Shown here one piece after another: positions 11,299 through 23,915 of a stretch of DNA of 64,000 bases. Source of the stretch: Octopus sinensis. Lineage: Eukaryota. Location: assembly GCF_006345805.1 (NCBI RefSeq), contig NC_043005.1, positions 29,202,001-29,266,000 on the forward strand. Reading direction: 5' to 3'. Below the pieces are notes generated by a model that was given only the letters and a program-made list of their open reading frames with translations, made no database searches and was not told the origin of the DNA. Made by a program: the position numbers and the translations under genes. Within the stretch, counting starts at the first letter, position 1; each line of letters begins with the position of its first letter.

Positions 11299-11470
11299 CA
11301 TATATACGACAGGCTTCTTTCAGTTTCCGTCTACCAAATCCACTCACAAGGCATTGGTCGGCCCGGGGCTTTAGCAGAAGACACTTGCCCAAGATGCCAC
11401 GCAGTGGGACTGAACTCGGAACCATGTGGTTGGTTAGCAAGCTACTTACCACACAGCCACTCCTACGCCT
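11054..11470 (-). mobile_element. SINE family A (young subfamily)
   Basis: Full length; carries diagnostic GACAGGC, AAGGCATT, CAAGATGCC and GGTTAGC variants. Confidence 0.9.
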
Positions 11471-11644
11471 AAACACTTTTTAAAAACTATTTAGACGCAG
11501 GCATGACTGCGTCGGTAAGAAGATCACTGTGCAACAACGTGGCATCTCGGCCAAGTGCCTTCAACTATGGCCCTGCTTTAGGAGTGAAGTTGGTAGACAG
11601 AAATTCTGTGAAATTTTGTTGTATATAAATGTAAGAAAAGGATG

Positions 11645-11889
11645 TAAGTTCCTTCCCGAACCATAGGCCCATAAGGCCGGTCTTCTCGAGTTCTGTGACG
11701 TATATATACCTACTCTGGAGGAGACACTGGTCCATGGTAGGATTATTCATTTTGGCCAGCTGGGCGAACTGGAGCAAAGTGAAATGGAGGGTCTTGCTCA
11801 AGAATGCAATACATCACCCAGTCTAGGAATCGAAACCACAATCTTACGATCATGAGTCCAACAACCTAACCACTAAGCCATACGCCTCC
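11645..11889 (-). mobile_element. tRNA-derived SINE, family E
   Basis: Head GGAGGCGTATGGCTTAGTGGTTAG...GGTTTCGATTCC, body CTTGAGCAAGAC...TTGCTCCAGTTC, tail CCATGGACCAGTG...CACAGAAC...ACCGGCCTTATGGGCC. Confidence 0.75.
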
Positions 11890-12180
11890 GCACGCACACA
11901 CACACACGCACAGAAACACAGACACACACACACACGCACAGACACGCACACACACACGCGCACAGACACACACAGACACACACACGCACACACACGCGCA
12001 CACACGCGCACACACACACACGCACACACACACATACACACACACGCACAGAAACACACAGACACCCACACACGCACAGACACGCACACAGACACGCACA
12101 GACATGCACACGCACGCACACACACACATACAGACACACACACACGTCCGCACACGCATGCACGTGTATGTGTGTGTGCG
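11890..12180. repeat. (CA)n-derived degenerate microsatellite
   Basis: CACACG/CAGACA variants of CA; source of the CV/HT-rich ORFs. Confidence 0.9.
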
Positions 12181-12189
12181 TATACGTCT

Positions 12190-12392
12190 GTGTTTGTGTT
12201 GGTATCCCCACCGCTTGACAACCGGCGCTGTTTTGTTTGTGTCCCCGTAATTTAGTGTTTCAGCAAAAGAGACCAATGGAATTTAGTACTTAAAAAAAAT
12301 CGTGGGGTGCTGCCGATTCGTTCAACTAAATCCTTCAAGGTGGTGCTCCAGCTTGGCTGCAGTCCAATGACTGAAGCAAGTAAAAGATAAGG
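12190..12392 (+). mobile_element. SINE family A 3' half, diverged
   Basis: CCGCTTGACAACCGG...GCAAAAGAGACC...ATGACTGAAGCAAGTAAAAGA. Confidence 0.7.
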
Positions 12393-12439
12393 GGAAAGAT
12401 AAAAAGACGGGTAAATACCCAGCTAGAAATTCTTCTGAA

Positions 12440-12800
12440 AACCGTTCAGAGAATCAGAAGAAGTAAATTGACTAAAACTGGGGACATTAAATTAGACCAA
12501 AGTACAGAAACGCGACAATACGAAGATGGACATCAATATAATTAGTTGGAATAGGTGAAACTAATAAGATAAAACATAGACAGAAATGAAAGAGGGAATT
12601 TTAAAAGAATTCTACAGAAGAAACAAATTGATTTTAAGCACTAAAATTAATGTCAGAAATAAAATATCCGGTATAAATACGTTAGATGTCACAGCTATAA
12701 ACTACAGATTTAATACAATGAATTAGTGAGTCGTAGAATTTAGACTGGTAAACTAGGAAACTGTTGAGAGTGTTCTGAAGTCATTATCGTAAATCTGTCA
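12440..12800 (+). mobile_element. R4/Dong-like RT C-terminal fragment
   Basis: MKEGILKEFYRRNKLILSTKINVRNKISGINT and TRKLLRV. Confidence 0.65.
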
Positions 12801-12809
12801 TTGGTTTGG

Positions 12810-13560
12810 TTAAGAGACCAGGATGAACGCTGGTATTCTCCAAATATCCAAATCGTGTGTTGAAAACTATCTGCATCAACATGATTACGCCATCAGGCTC
12901 GATATTTGGGTTCTATAGCAATTGAGGACGACATGGCCCCACGAATGTCCATCTGCAATCCATTGCAGATGTGTGGAGATGAAAAAAATCGTCTATGACA
13001 ATATGATGCGCAAATGATCATGGGAAAAGCACGACAAGCCAACAGAAACACGACTTCACCTGAAGAAGGTTATGCTTTCAATTTGGTGAGATTAGAAGAA
13101 TATTGTCTTTTACGAACTCCTTCCCATGAATAGGACCATAAATTTGGATGTGTACTGGGACCAGCTGGGCAAAGTAAACACATTGATCCACTAGAAGTGT
13201 TCAGAATTTGCTAATCGTAAGGACAGTGTCTTTCATCCCGACAATACGAGACTGCACCCCTCTTGCAGACGCGGCAGACGGTACTGAGACTTGCCTGAGA
13301 AGTTTTGTCTCGTCCATTATATTAACTCCGACAATGTGCTTTCAAATTTCCACCTGTTTCTGTCTTTTCAAAATTCATTGAATGGACAGACCTTGAGCTC
13401 TGGAGAAGATGTAAAAATTCATCTGGAAGAGTTCCTCGTCAGTAAAGGCGATGGCAGAAGATACTGAAATTAAACGGCAATCATATCATTGATTGAATAA
13501 ATCACTTTATACTTAAAATTTGTGTCGTATTTTCTCTTTAAAAAGTGAACAATATACACA
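12810..13560 (+). mobile_element. mariner (DDD) transposase remnant
   Basis: CGDEK.IVYDN, KKVMLSIW*D, YELLPMNRTIN, FHPDNTR, FHLFLSFQNSLNG and RWQKILKLNGNHIID*; many stops and frameshifts. Confidence 0.85.
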
Positions 13561-15619
13561 ATTCCTGGAGGATGGACCGACTACAATTAGTTTTGGATTA
13601 AAAATAGGGTTTGGATTCGTTTTGCCTGTTATGGCTACTCAATAGTTATCTCTCACTGCCTTTGGAACATGAGCACAGAAACTCTGCAGCAAAGAAAAAT
13701 ATATATTGTTCTTTTATATTGAAAGACCTTTACTCTTGATTTCTGCGAGAGTTATCTCTCTTGTCGTCCATGGAGAAGTTTCTTTCTTGCTATTTAATAT
13801 TTAGATGTAGGTACCACCCCGCCACACGCTCATGTTCGTTCACATAGACTTATTCACGTGTATATCAACTATATTTAAGTCTTAAATACTAAAGGCATGA
13901 AGTGAGAGAGAAAGATAGTGTGGTTGAAAATAGAGGAAAGAAGAAGGGAGAGAACAAGAGAGAAAAGAATGGGGTAAATATGCAGGAAAAGGCCGGAATC
14001 AGAAATGCTGGAGAGATTTGGAAAAGCAAATTAGAGGAAGACTGAATAAAGTAAAAATCTATAGGGGAAAGGAGCATACAAATGAAAAATAGGTCCTATA
14101 GGTGGGTGTCCAGTGTCTGAGTATGAATTTTCTCTTGTGTGTGCAGGAGCTGGGAAACCTTTCTCTCTTCACGTTAAGGTTAACTTTGGTATCAGAAAAT
14201 TCCGTAGGATTATGTTTTTTTTTGCAATGCAGATCTTGGTTCCCTTGGTAGCATCCATGTACAAGGGCGCGCGCGCGCACATACACACTTATACAAGCAC
14301 ATACTCATACACACACAGATACACATACACATACATAGATATACATATCTTTTTTCTGCTTCTAAATTTAATCCCCTGTCTCTATATCTAGGTTATATGT
14401 ATTTCTTATTATTTTCTATAAATTCTTATTTTGTTTTCTTATTTTGACATCCTTACTTATTAATCTCTTATCCCTTATAAATTGTTATTTTTCTTCTTAA
14501 ATTTGATATTTTTCAGTTACTTAAGTCTATGCGAGATATTTATACTATATCCATATAAGCGTATAAATATTTGTGTGTGTGTGTATATATGCATTTATGC
14601 ACATATATGTGTGTGTGTATTTGTATGCATTTTTACATTTTTCTGATTCATTGCTTAAAATTAATAGATAGCATATAATCCTTCCAGTTATTCCATATGT
14701 AAATACCTTGAGCAGTCTTTATAGAAACCACCTAATAAATATTTAATTAAGTATATGAATAGATATTAAACTGATTCTATGTAATATTCCTTTTTAATGT
14801 TTATAATTGATATATACACACCTTTTACCTATTTTAGTTATGATATCATTTATGAAATTCTTAAATTTGAAATTTTATTTTTATACAACACAACAATAGT
14901 GCCCCTAAATAAAATTTCCTTTATGTTAACATCTTAGGTTTCTTTGCAGCTTGCGCCTTTAACTGGTAATTAACATCATGATTCAAAGTCTACCCCTACC
15001 CTGCCCCTTTTTATAGACACTTACTTACATCCAGCTGACTACTCCTAATGTCTTTTTTCCTCTCTGAGGAAAAGGGATACATATGATAATATTTATGAGC
15101 ATACCTAACCATAAGCTGTCAACTCACTCTTGTCCTTTATTCAAAATAGACGCAGTCTTTTAAGTTTTAGATTTAGTAGTTGATAAAGAGATAAATGAAT
15201 TAGAAATGAATCACAACCCTTACAACTCTTTGACCCCACTATGCTCCATGCGATTCTTAGGAGTCGTAATCTATTCTTTGTTACAATAGCGACAAAATGA
15301 ATTTCTTCCAACTTCTTGCTCTGTTAAAATATTTGAGAAAAATTATATTAATGTGTCCTACTTGTTAAAATTCCATTTATTTATTTGTGCAGCAGAAGAT
15401 GGCATTGCATTTAAATTGATGTAATGATTGCATTGTTCAATTAAATGTAGCCGCTTGAAACGGTTGTACTGCATTACTACTTGATATCCTGTTGCATATT
15501 TTGATTTTATTCACCTTACTTCGATTTGTGCGGATAATACCGGACTTGCTGCTTCAACTTTAATAGCTAATTCAAATGAATCTCAATTAATTCTTTTATA
15601 TAAAAAGCTTGGCATCTGC

Positions 15620-15772
15620 GACGTTGCAACTCATTTCTACAACTGAGTGAACTGGGGCAATGTGAAATAAAGTGTCTTGCTCAAGAACACAACACACAGC
15701 CCTGTCCGAGAATCGAAGTTACTACCTCATGATTGTGAGCCCGACGCTCTAATCCCTGACGCATGCGCCTTC
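15620..15772 (-). mobile_element. SINE family E 5' portion
   Basis: AGGCGCATGCGTCAGGGATTAGAG head; CTTGAGCAAGACACTTTATTTCAC body. Confidence 0.7.
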
Positions 15773-15876
15773 ACTCCCCAACACTCACACGACCTAATAT
15801 CAATATTTATATAGTATATATAACGTAAGTTATCTCTAAATTATATATTTATATCCATCTCTCCTTCTCTCACTCT

Positions 15877-15877
<1 letters not shown>

Positions 15878-15927
<50 letters not shown>

Positions 15928-16083
15928 ACAGATAAATATATAAATATATAAGTAATATATATATAGATAAATAACTTAGGTTTGGGCCAATATTAGTTAT
16001 TAGCTCTCGGCCATGTTTCTTTCTGTACACACGCACACACACACACACACACATATATATATGTATATATGCGTGTATATATA

Positions 16084-16126
<43 letters not shown>

Positions 16127-16190
16127 ATATATAATATATATATATAATATATATATATATATGTATATATATATATCTGTATATATGTAT
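15878..16190. repeat. (TA)n/(CA)n compound microsatellite
   Basis: Directly visible. Confidence 0.85.
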
Positions 16191-16506
16191 GCATACATAG
16201 CTATCTCTCTCTCTCTATATGTGTGTGCATGTATGTACACACACAAATACATATATGTACATACATGCACACGAATGTATGTACATATATGTACGAGGAG
16301 TGTTTGTGTATAAGTATGTGTGTGTGTGTGTGGTTATTTAATTTTGTCTCAGTCATCGGATAGCGGCCCAGCTCAGGCAGGTGCTGCCTAAAGGAAGATT
16401 TTAATCGATCATGCAGTCTCTGTTTCTAAAGCTTGGAAACCCGAAACCACGGGCTTTCGAAGTGAAGTTCGTAACAATGCAAACATGACTACCACACTCT
16501 ATAAAT

Positions 16507-16717
16507 ATGGGTGTATGGTAAGTAGCTTGCTTACTAACCACATGGTCCGGGGTTCAGTCCTACTGTACGCCACCTTGGGCAAGTGTCTTCTAATATAGCC
16601 TCGGGCCGACCAAACCCTTGTGAGTGGATTTGGTAGAGGGAAACTGAAAGAAGCCCGTCTCTTTCTCTCCCCCCATCTCTCTCTATCTCTCTCTCTATAC
16701 ACACACACACACACACA

Positions 16718-16753
<36 letters not shown>

Positions 16754-16780
16754 TATATATATATATATATATATAATATG

Positions 16781-16813
<33 letters not shown>

Positions 16814-16995
16814 TATATATATATATATACCGATGTTGGTGTGTTTACGTCCCCGTAGCTTAGCGGTTCGACAAAGAGACCTTTAGAATAAATACTAGGC
16901 TTACAAAGAATATGTCCTGGGGTCGATTTGTTCGACTAAAGGCGGTACTCCAACATGGCCGCAGTTAAATGACTGAAACAAATAAAGGAACAAAA
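16507..16995 (+). mobile_element. SINE family A (plus strand)
   Basis: GGTAAGTAGCTTGCTTAC...GGTTCAGTCC...CCTTGGGCAAGTGTC...GACTGAAACAAATAAAGG. Confidence 0.85.
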
Positions 16996-17088
16996 GAAAT
17001 ATGTGTGTATACGTATGTATCTATAAGTATATATACATACATGCATATACGCATACATACAGACACACGTGTGTAATATATATATTAT

Positions 17089-17122
<34 letters not shown>

Positions 17123-17415
17123 GTTATATATATATATATATGTATATATATATAATATATATATATATATACCGATGTTGGTGTGTTTACGTCCCCGTAG
17201 CTTAGCGGTTCGACAAAGAGACCTTTAGAATAAATACTAGGCTTACAAAGAATATGTCCTGGGGTCGATTTGTTCGACTAAAGGCGGTACTCCAACATGG
17301 CCGCAGTTAAATGACTGAAACAAATAAAGGAACAAAAGAAATATGTGTGTATACGTATGTATCTATAAGTATATATACATACATGCATATACGCATACAT
17401 ACAGACACACGTGTG

Positions 17416-17464
<49 letters not shown>

Positions 17465-17470
17465 GTATAT
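16830..17470 (+). repeat. Near-perfect tandem duplication, period 342 bp (SINE A tail plus flank)
   Basis: CCGATGTTGG...CAGACACACGTGTGTA occurs at 16830 and 17172 with no difference seen outside the microsatellites. Confidence 0.9.
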
Positions 17471-17480
17471 ATATATATAT

Positions 17481-17693
17481 CTTTTACTCTTTTACTTGTT
17501 TCAGTCAGTTGACTGCGGCCATGCTGGAGCACCGCCTTTAGTCGAGCAAATCGAACCCGGGACTTATTCTTTGTAAGCCCAGTACTTATTCTATCGGTCT
17601 CTTTTGCCGAACCGCTAAGTGACGGGGACGTGAACACACCAGCATCGGTTGTCAAGCAATGCTAGGGAGACAAACACAGACACACAAACACAT

Positions 17694-17724
<31 letters not shown>

Positions 17725-17895
17725 CATATATACGACAGGCTTCTTTCAGTTTCCGTCTACCAAATCCACTCACAAGGCATTGGTCGACCCGGGGCTATAG
17801 CAGAAGACACTTTCCCAAGATGCCACGCAGTGGGACTGAACCCGGAACCATGTGGTTGGTTAGCAAGCTACTTACCACACAGCCACTCCTGCGTC
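17481..17895 (-). mobile_element. SINE family A (young subfamily)
   Basis: Full length, same diagnostic variants as 11054-11470. Confidence 0.9.
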
Positions 17896-17919
17896 TATAT
17901 ATACATATATATATATACG

Positions 17920-17951
<32 letters not shown>

Positions 17952-18096
17952 CTGCAAGAAACAGTGTATAGAGGGATGTTTTAATTAGGATAATGTGTTG
18001 ACTATATGCAGTGAAATCGCACAGTTGATGTTGTGTGTCAGTGTTGTGATCCAGTGTTGTGACACAGCTGTATACCTCACACCAGATTCATTCACG

Positions 18097-18147
18097 GGAG
18101 GGCGGGGGCGGGGGAAACTGCCGGATGTAGGTCATCACTGACGTCAA
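18097..18147. promoter_or_regulatory. Candidate cis-regulatory cluster (GC boxes, ETS, CRE)
   Basis: GGGCGGGGGCGGGG, CCGGATGT, AGGTCA and a perfect TGACGTCA within about 50 bp in non-repeat sequence. Confidence 0.35.
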
Positions 18148-18420
18148 ACCATGCCGCTGCTCCTGCTGCTGCTGCTGCTACTGCTATCGCTGCTGCCCCA
18201 ATCCCTCTCTCCCCCTTATCCCCTCTCCCACTCGCCCTCCCTCTAATTTGTTAGACTGGCACCTCACTCTTAACTATTGCAGCAGTTCTATACACAGTAC
18301 ACACACACGCGTACATATACGCATACATACATACATACATACATACTACATACATACATACATACATACATACATACACACATACATACACTCTCACACA
18401 CACTCGTATGTACATCATCC

Positions 18421-18471
<51 letters not shown>

Positions 18472-18774
18472 ATATATATAATATATATATATATATAGGA
18501 ACACACATATTTTGAGTTAAGGGAAGAAAGTGTGTGAAGAGAATGTAACTCCTTAAGTGAACATCAGATCTAACATTGGTATGAGAAGAGAGAGGCAGAG
18601 AAGGAGAGAGAGAGAGGGAGAGAGAGAGAGCAGCTTATTTACCATAGTGATGTCAGGACGATCTAGAATGAAAGGGTGATACATAAAGAACAACAACAGC
18701 AGCAGCAACAACAACAACAACCACAACAACAATAACAATAACAACAACAACAACGACGACGACGACGATTGTTT

Positions 18775-20290
18775 CTGGTTCGGCCACGTGGCCTGAAATC
18801 TTTTGCGGGTTGGTCAATTATATCAACTTCAGTACTTGACTGTTACATTGTTTTATCGACCCCGAAATGATGAAAGTTGAAGTTTACGTTGGCGTAATTT
18901 GAACTCAGAACGTAAAGAGCCGCGAGAAATACTGCCAAGTCCGACGTGGTAACGATTCTAATTAATAATTCTTTTTAATTTTTGGCACAGAACCAACAAC
19001 TTTGAAGGGCGAAGGAAGTCGATAAGATCAATCGCCAGCACTTTGACTGGTATTCTGTTTTATCGATCCCAAAAGAAGAGAAATCACAAGTAGACCTAGG
19101 TGGGAGTTGAACTCAATATGTGAAGTGCCGGAAGAAATGCTACAAAGCATTTTGTCCGACGCGCTACCAATTCTGCCAGCTGGCTACATTGAGCAGCGAT
19201 AGCATTGGTTTCTGATTTAGTTCCAAGTTCATTAATTTCGAAGGGAGCGTAATTAGCACTGATTTCAGTACTTGACTCATGCTTTATTTTTATCGACTTC
19301 GGAGGAATGAACGACTAAGTTGATCTCGGCAGGATTTGAAATCAGAACGTAAGGAACCAGAACAAATATTCTTTTCTACGCTAGGCACAAGGCCCGAAAT
19401 TTGGGGTGGAGAGAATGGGTGCCAGTCGATTAGATCGACCACAGTACGCAGCTGGTGCTTAATTTATCGACCCCGAAAGGATGAAAGGCAAAGTCGACCT
19501 CGGCGGAATTTGAACTCAGAACGTAAAGACAGACGAAATACCTCTAAGCATTTCACTCAGCGTATTAACGATTCTGTCAGCCCCCCCCCCGCCTTAGGAT
19601 TCACAACAAATATTGCAAGGCATTTACTTCCAACACCCTAACGACTTTCTTTCTTTTTTTTTGGCACAAGACCACTAATTGTAAGGGTGGGGCCCTTAGG
19701 CAATTGCATCAGCCCCAATATTTCACTGGCTCTTTATTTTATCGATTACTAAAGCAGGAAAGCCAGAGCTGACTTCGATATGATTCGAACTCAGAAACGA
19801 AAGAACTAGGAATATATACGGAAGAAAAAAAAGCATTGTTGCATCTGATGCCGTAACTATTCTTCCATCTCAGTAGCTTTCGAATAATTGTTTCTAATTA
19901 GGTTGAAAGCCAGTAATTTTGAGGGGAGGGATTAGTCAATTACATCGCACCCAGTGTTGGAATGGTACTTTATTTTATCGACACATGAGGGATGAAAAAT
20001 AAAGTTGATCTCGGCGGGATTTGAACTCATAACTTAAAGAGCTGGAACAAATACTGCCAAAAATTATGTCTGAACCCTTACGATTCTCCCAAAATATTAA
20101 TTCTTTCTACGATAGGCGCAAGGTCTGAAATTTTGTGGGAGAGGGGCTTAGTCGACCACATCGACCCCAGTAGTTGACTGGTATTCATTTCATCAACCCC
20201 AGAAGGATGAGAAGTAAAGTCGACGGATGGAGAATTTGAAAGAAATATCGCTAAGCGTTATAGCGTTCGTGCTAACGATTCTGACATCTC
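18775..20290 (-). mobile_element. Head-to-tail array of about 7 diverged SINE family B units
   Basis: Repeated [GGCACAAG..CTGGTAC..TTTATCGAC..GAACTCAGAACGTAA..ACGATTCT] modules every 190-240 bp. Confidence 0.8.
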
Positions 20291-20519
20291 GAAACCTTCA
20301 CATTCACCATAATAGTAGAATCTGAAACTGATTTCAAAGATGCAAGATGCCGGTGGCAGGACAGCAATGAAAGCCAAAGCAGCCGGAGGCTTACACCAAA
20401 TAAAAAGATGCCGAAATCAACGGGAACAAGAGATATAGCAACAAAATATGAACAAAAATGACCCCCAATGTAGGGAAAACTACCTTGAGTTATTCAAATT
20501 AACCCCCATACACACACAG

Positions 20520-23450
20520 ACACACGCTGTGAGGTACGTGGGCAAGGTCACAAGGAAAAATTCTTAGGGACGCAAAATTTCAAAAGAAAGGGAAATGAAA
20601 TATTAATAATAAATAAGTAAAAATCCCTACAGTGTACCTGAAGTACTCCGGGAGTTATCAACCCATCCCACACCATTGTCCACACAAGCTCCCGAATTAT
20701 TCTGCTTCAACCAAATCATCTAAAGTGCCCTGTCTCAGTTTCTTTCTTCCTGTATAGAAAAGTACAGAGTAGGACCATGTAGCCTCGTCATTCTTGCCGC
20801 TCTTATCTACCATTCGCTAAACACCCTAAAAGCCAATACGACCCTCTCTACTCTCATCTTCCTCTTCAACTACTGTTTGATGAAGGTGATGAGTGTTTGG
20901 TCAGAGAGGAAAATGCCTGCCCTCATACACGTCCACCACACAACTTCTTTTATTACAACCACCATAAACAGTAAAATTTTCTTTGTTAAAATGAAGGGGG
21001 CATGTCGATTTTCAGTGTAGACTCAGGCGACACCCGGATCTGACTTGTCTCAGCAGTTGCTCAACACAAGATCACAAATCGCTAATGGACTGACACTGAG
21101 CGATAGATTAAAAGACGGTTTCCTTGTCATGCGTGCATCTCGCACATGTTTAACTGTTTGGCACTTCCTTGTCTAAAGAACTTATTTTGATAAGATAATG
21201 TTACCCTGTAGTACTGCTATGTCAAAAACTTTTGCAAATTGTTCCATAATCCCCGACCCGAGTGTCTTCGAGAAGGCGCCTATAAATTAATTCGCCTTTG
21301 CTTTTGTCATCAACTAGTTGCTCTCCTCTCCTTCTATTCTACATTTATTTGCTAAAGCTAATGGATGATGTTCCTGGAAATCTTTCGTTGCCAAGGACGC
21401 GTTCATCTTCCTCTAGTTGGATCCTTGCCTTTTCGTCTTTCTCAAGTCGATTTCAAATGTCATGAACGTGTTGTTCTTGAGGTCGCCTACACAAACAATG
21501 GACGGTTTACACCAAGCTTATCTGCTAACCTGAAGAGAATTTCCTGACCTTGATGACTTGCACGAATTCGATCAAGTCTGTATTGGCGCATTAAGGTAAT
21601 CAAAGTGAAAGTTGTTACCCCATAGGAAGTTCCTAAACAGGTTTGCAATGAATTTATACTGTCTCTTCTGTTGATTCCACATAATTTACGAGTGTGTTCA
21701 AAATACAAATCCAATCGCCTATAAATATTAACGACTAAATCTTCCTGGGAATGTCTTTAGAGGGTTCAAGAAACTTGGCCGTAGAGGTCCTTCCGGAGAG
21801 GAAAAAGAACTAATTGTGTGAAGACATTACTGGAGCCGTCACTACTGCTCATATCCAAAACAATCGACTTACCATCCAGGTCTAAGAAAATCTTTCCTGT
21901 CTTAAAGTCTGTATTGAAGAGCACCGCTACATCTCTCGAACCGACTGAAGGACTCTAAAACTTGTAGTTATCCAGAAGGAAAACAAAAGATCTGAGAAAT
22001 CCCGGTTTCGTTGGTGGCAGCCTCACCTAGACGTCGCGACCTTAGATCATCAAGAGACCCTTGAAAAGGGCCCTCCTTAAAACTTCGCACATCATGTTGG
22101 AAAGCTTTCCCAGGAATCGATACACTTTTGTGGTTCTAATGAGAAACCTCTTTTGTAGATTTGGAAAGAGTGAATGTTTCAAGGCCACCACTCTTTGTCA
22201 ACATTTTGTCTTTGAGTGTACTGACTCTATTGACTCGTTGCTCTCTCCCTCGGAGAATTCTGTCGTTGTAGAGTTGCTCTATGAACGGTTATTGCAGTTT
22301 TAGTTGTCCAAATTTTTGCTTTTGCTGTCATTGTGATTATTTGTTTTCATTCTGCTCTTCTTATTGCTGATATCGATGTGTCTCTTGTAGTTGATGTGGC
22401 TGTTGTTTCTGTTTCTTGTTCTCATTGTTGTTTCCTGTTCCCATTGTTGCTATAGCTGTAAGGGTTGTAATGGCTCTTACTATTGTGGCTGCTGTTATGG
22501 TCGTCGCCATAATCATTGTTTCTGCCGCTGCCGCTGCTTCTATTGTGGTTGTAGCGATCAACAAAACCACCTCACTTTTGCTTTCATTCCCATGGAACAA
22601 AAAAGTTTTAGGATAATTTCGTTTTCCATATATGTAAAAGTTTAGCTTCCATTATAAATTAAATTTGTTCGCACTCTTCGGACTGGAAATGTCCCGTGAT
22701 GCCTGTTAACTCCTCAGGTGCCACCAGCACATCGAAATCCAATGACGTTACCATTCTGTTCTTGTGGGGAGTGGATCTGAGTCCTATCACCTCTGCATGA
22801 CCCTCCATCGTTGCCATCACTACGGCCTTGTCCCTGTGCAGTGTTATGTTGGCGGCTCAGATTTTGGGTATCTTTCTTTCCAAGTATAGTTCAGATCAAG
22901 TTAAATTCTTGGTACGTGCAAGTAGTATTCCTCACCCTATTGGCCTTCACCTCGTTCTTTCAAAAGACAGCATAAGTTCTTTGTCGCTGTCGTCTTGTAA
23001 TATCATTGATTGTGCATCACACTTCCTGCAGCCATTTTTCTATTTGTGCTGCGCTTGAATACATCAGCTTTTGCTCTTTTCAATTTATGCACTTGTAAAA
23101 TAATAGTAATATTTTGAAGGCTGTTTACTTCTTCAGCTGAAAGTTTCATGACCTCAGGGTTAGTTATGTTGCCTTTGTATTACTCTATTGATTCTTCTTC
23201 GCCGTCAAGTGACGATGCTTTCTATTAAGTATGGTCTTGTTGATATTGTTGTGGTCGTCGTTGTTGTTTTAGTTCTCGTGGTTGTTGTTACAAAGTGAAT
23301 TATAGGTCTTTCCATTAGTATGTGGAAATATTATCGCAGCAGATATCGTATTCTCAGAACGCTGATTCTAGTTGCCATGGCTGCAACATTGTCGTATATA
23401 TCAAAAGAAACCCACAGTTTTAGTTCCGTTTCTCTTTCTTTTTGCATCCG
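20520..23450 (-). mobile_element. Decayed L1/Tx1-like LINE: ORF1 remnant, APE, zf-RVT, C-terminus and 3' UTR; RT domain missing
   Basis: About 22090-21400: DVRSFK..LDDLRSRRL..TNETGIS, SVGSRDVAVLF, IFLDLDGKSIVLD, RKMNASL. About 21170-21050: TCARCTHDKETVF*SIAQC. About 20960-20780: VIKEVVWWTC..LKRKMRVERVVL. ORF1 assignment is weak. Confidence 0.75.
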
Positions 23451-23711
23451 ATATCCTCTTCTTTTACTCTCTCTATCTCACAACCAGTGATCATACTTAC
23501 TTTTTAAGCTTAATCTTTCTCCTAATAGTGAGTTTTATAGATACAAAACTGAAAACAAGTGAATCCCTCTCGGCTGAGAGAATGTACTAAAAGAAGAAGA
23601 AAAAAAAAACGAAAAAAAACTCGCACAAAATAGCGGGCCTCTTCCTGTAAAGGAACATTGGAATAAAAACAATAATTTCTGAAAGTCCACAACGCCTATA
23701 CGAACCGTGAA

Positions 23712-23785
23712 TGTACAACAACAATAACAACAGCAGCAGCAGCAGCAGCAGCAGAAGTAACAACAACAACATCAACAGCAACAGC

Positions 23786-23834
<49 letters not shown>

Positions 23835-23869
23835 GCAACAACTACAGCAGCAGCAACAACAACAGTAGC

Positions 23870-23915
<46 letters not shown>

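Noticed and set aside
14225-14245. RFX X-box-like motifs (also near 1487 and 23371)
   Set aside because: Two or more mismatches or located inside repeats; expected by chance in 64 kb.
18775-20290. Regularly spaced repeats superficially like a CRISPR array
   Set aside because: Units are 200-bp diverged SINE copies in a eukaryotic context, with no constant short repeats, unique spacers or cas genes.
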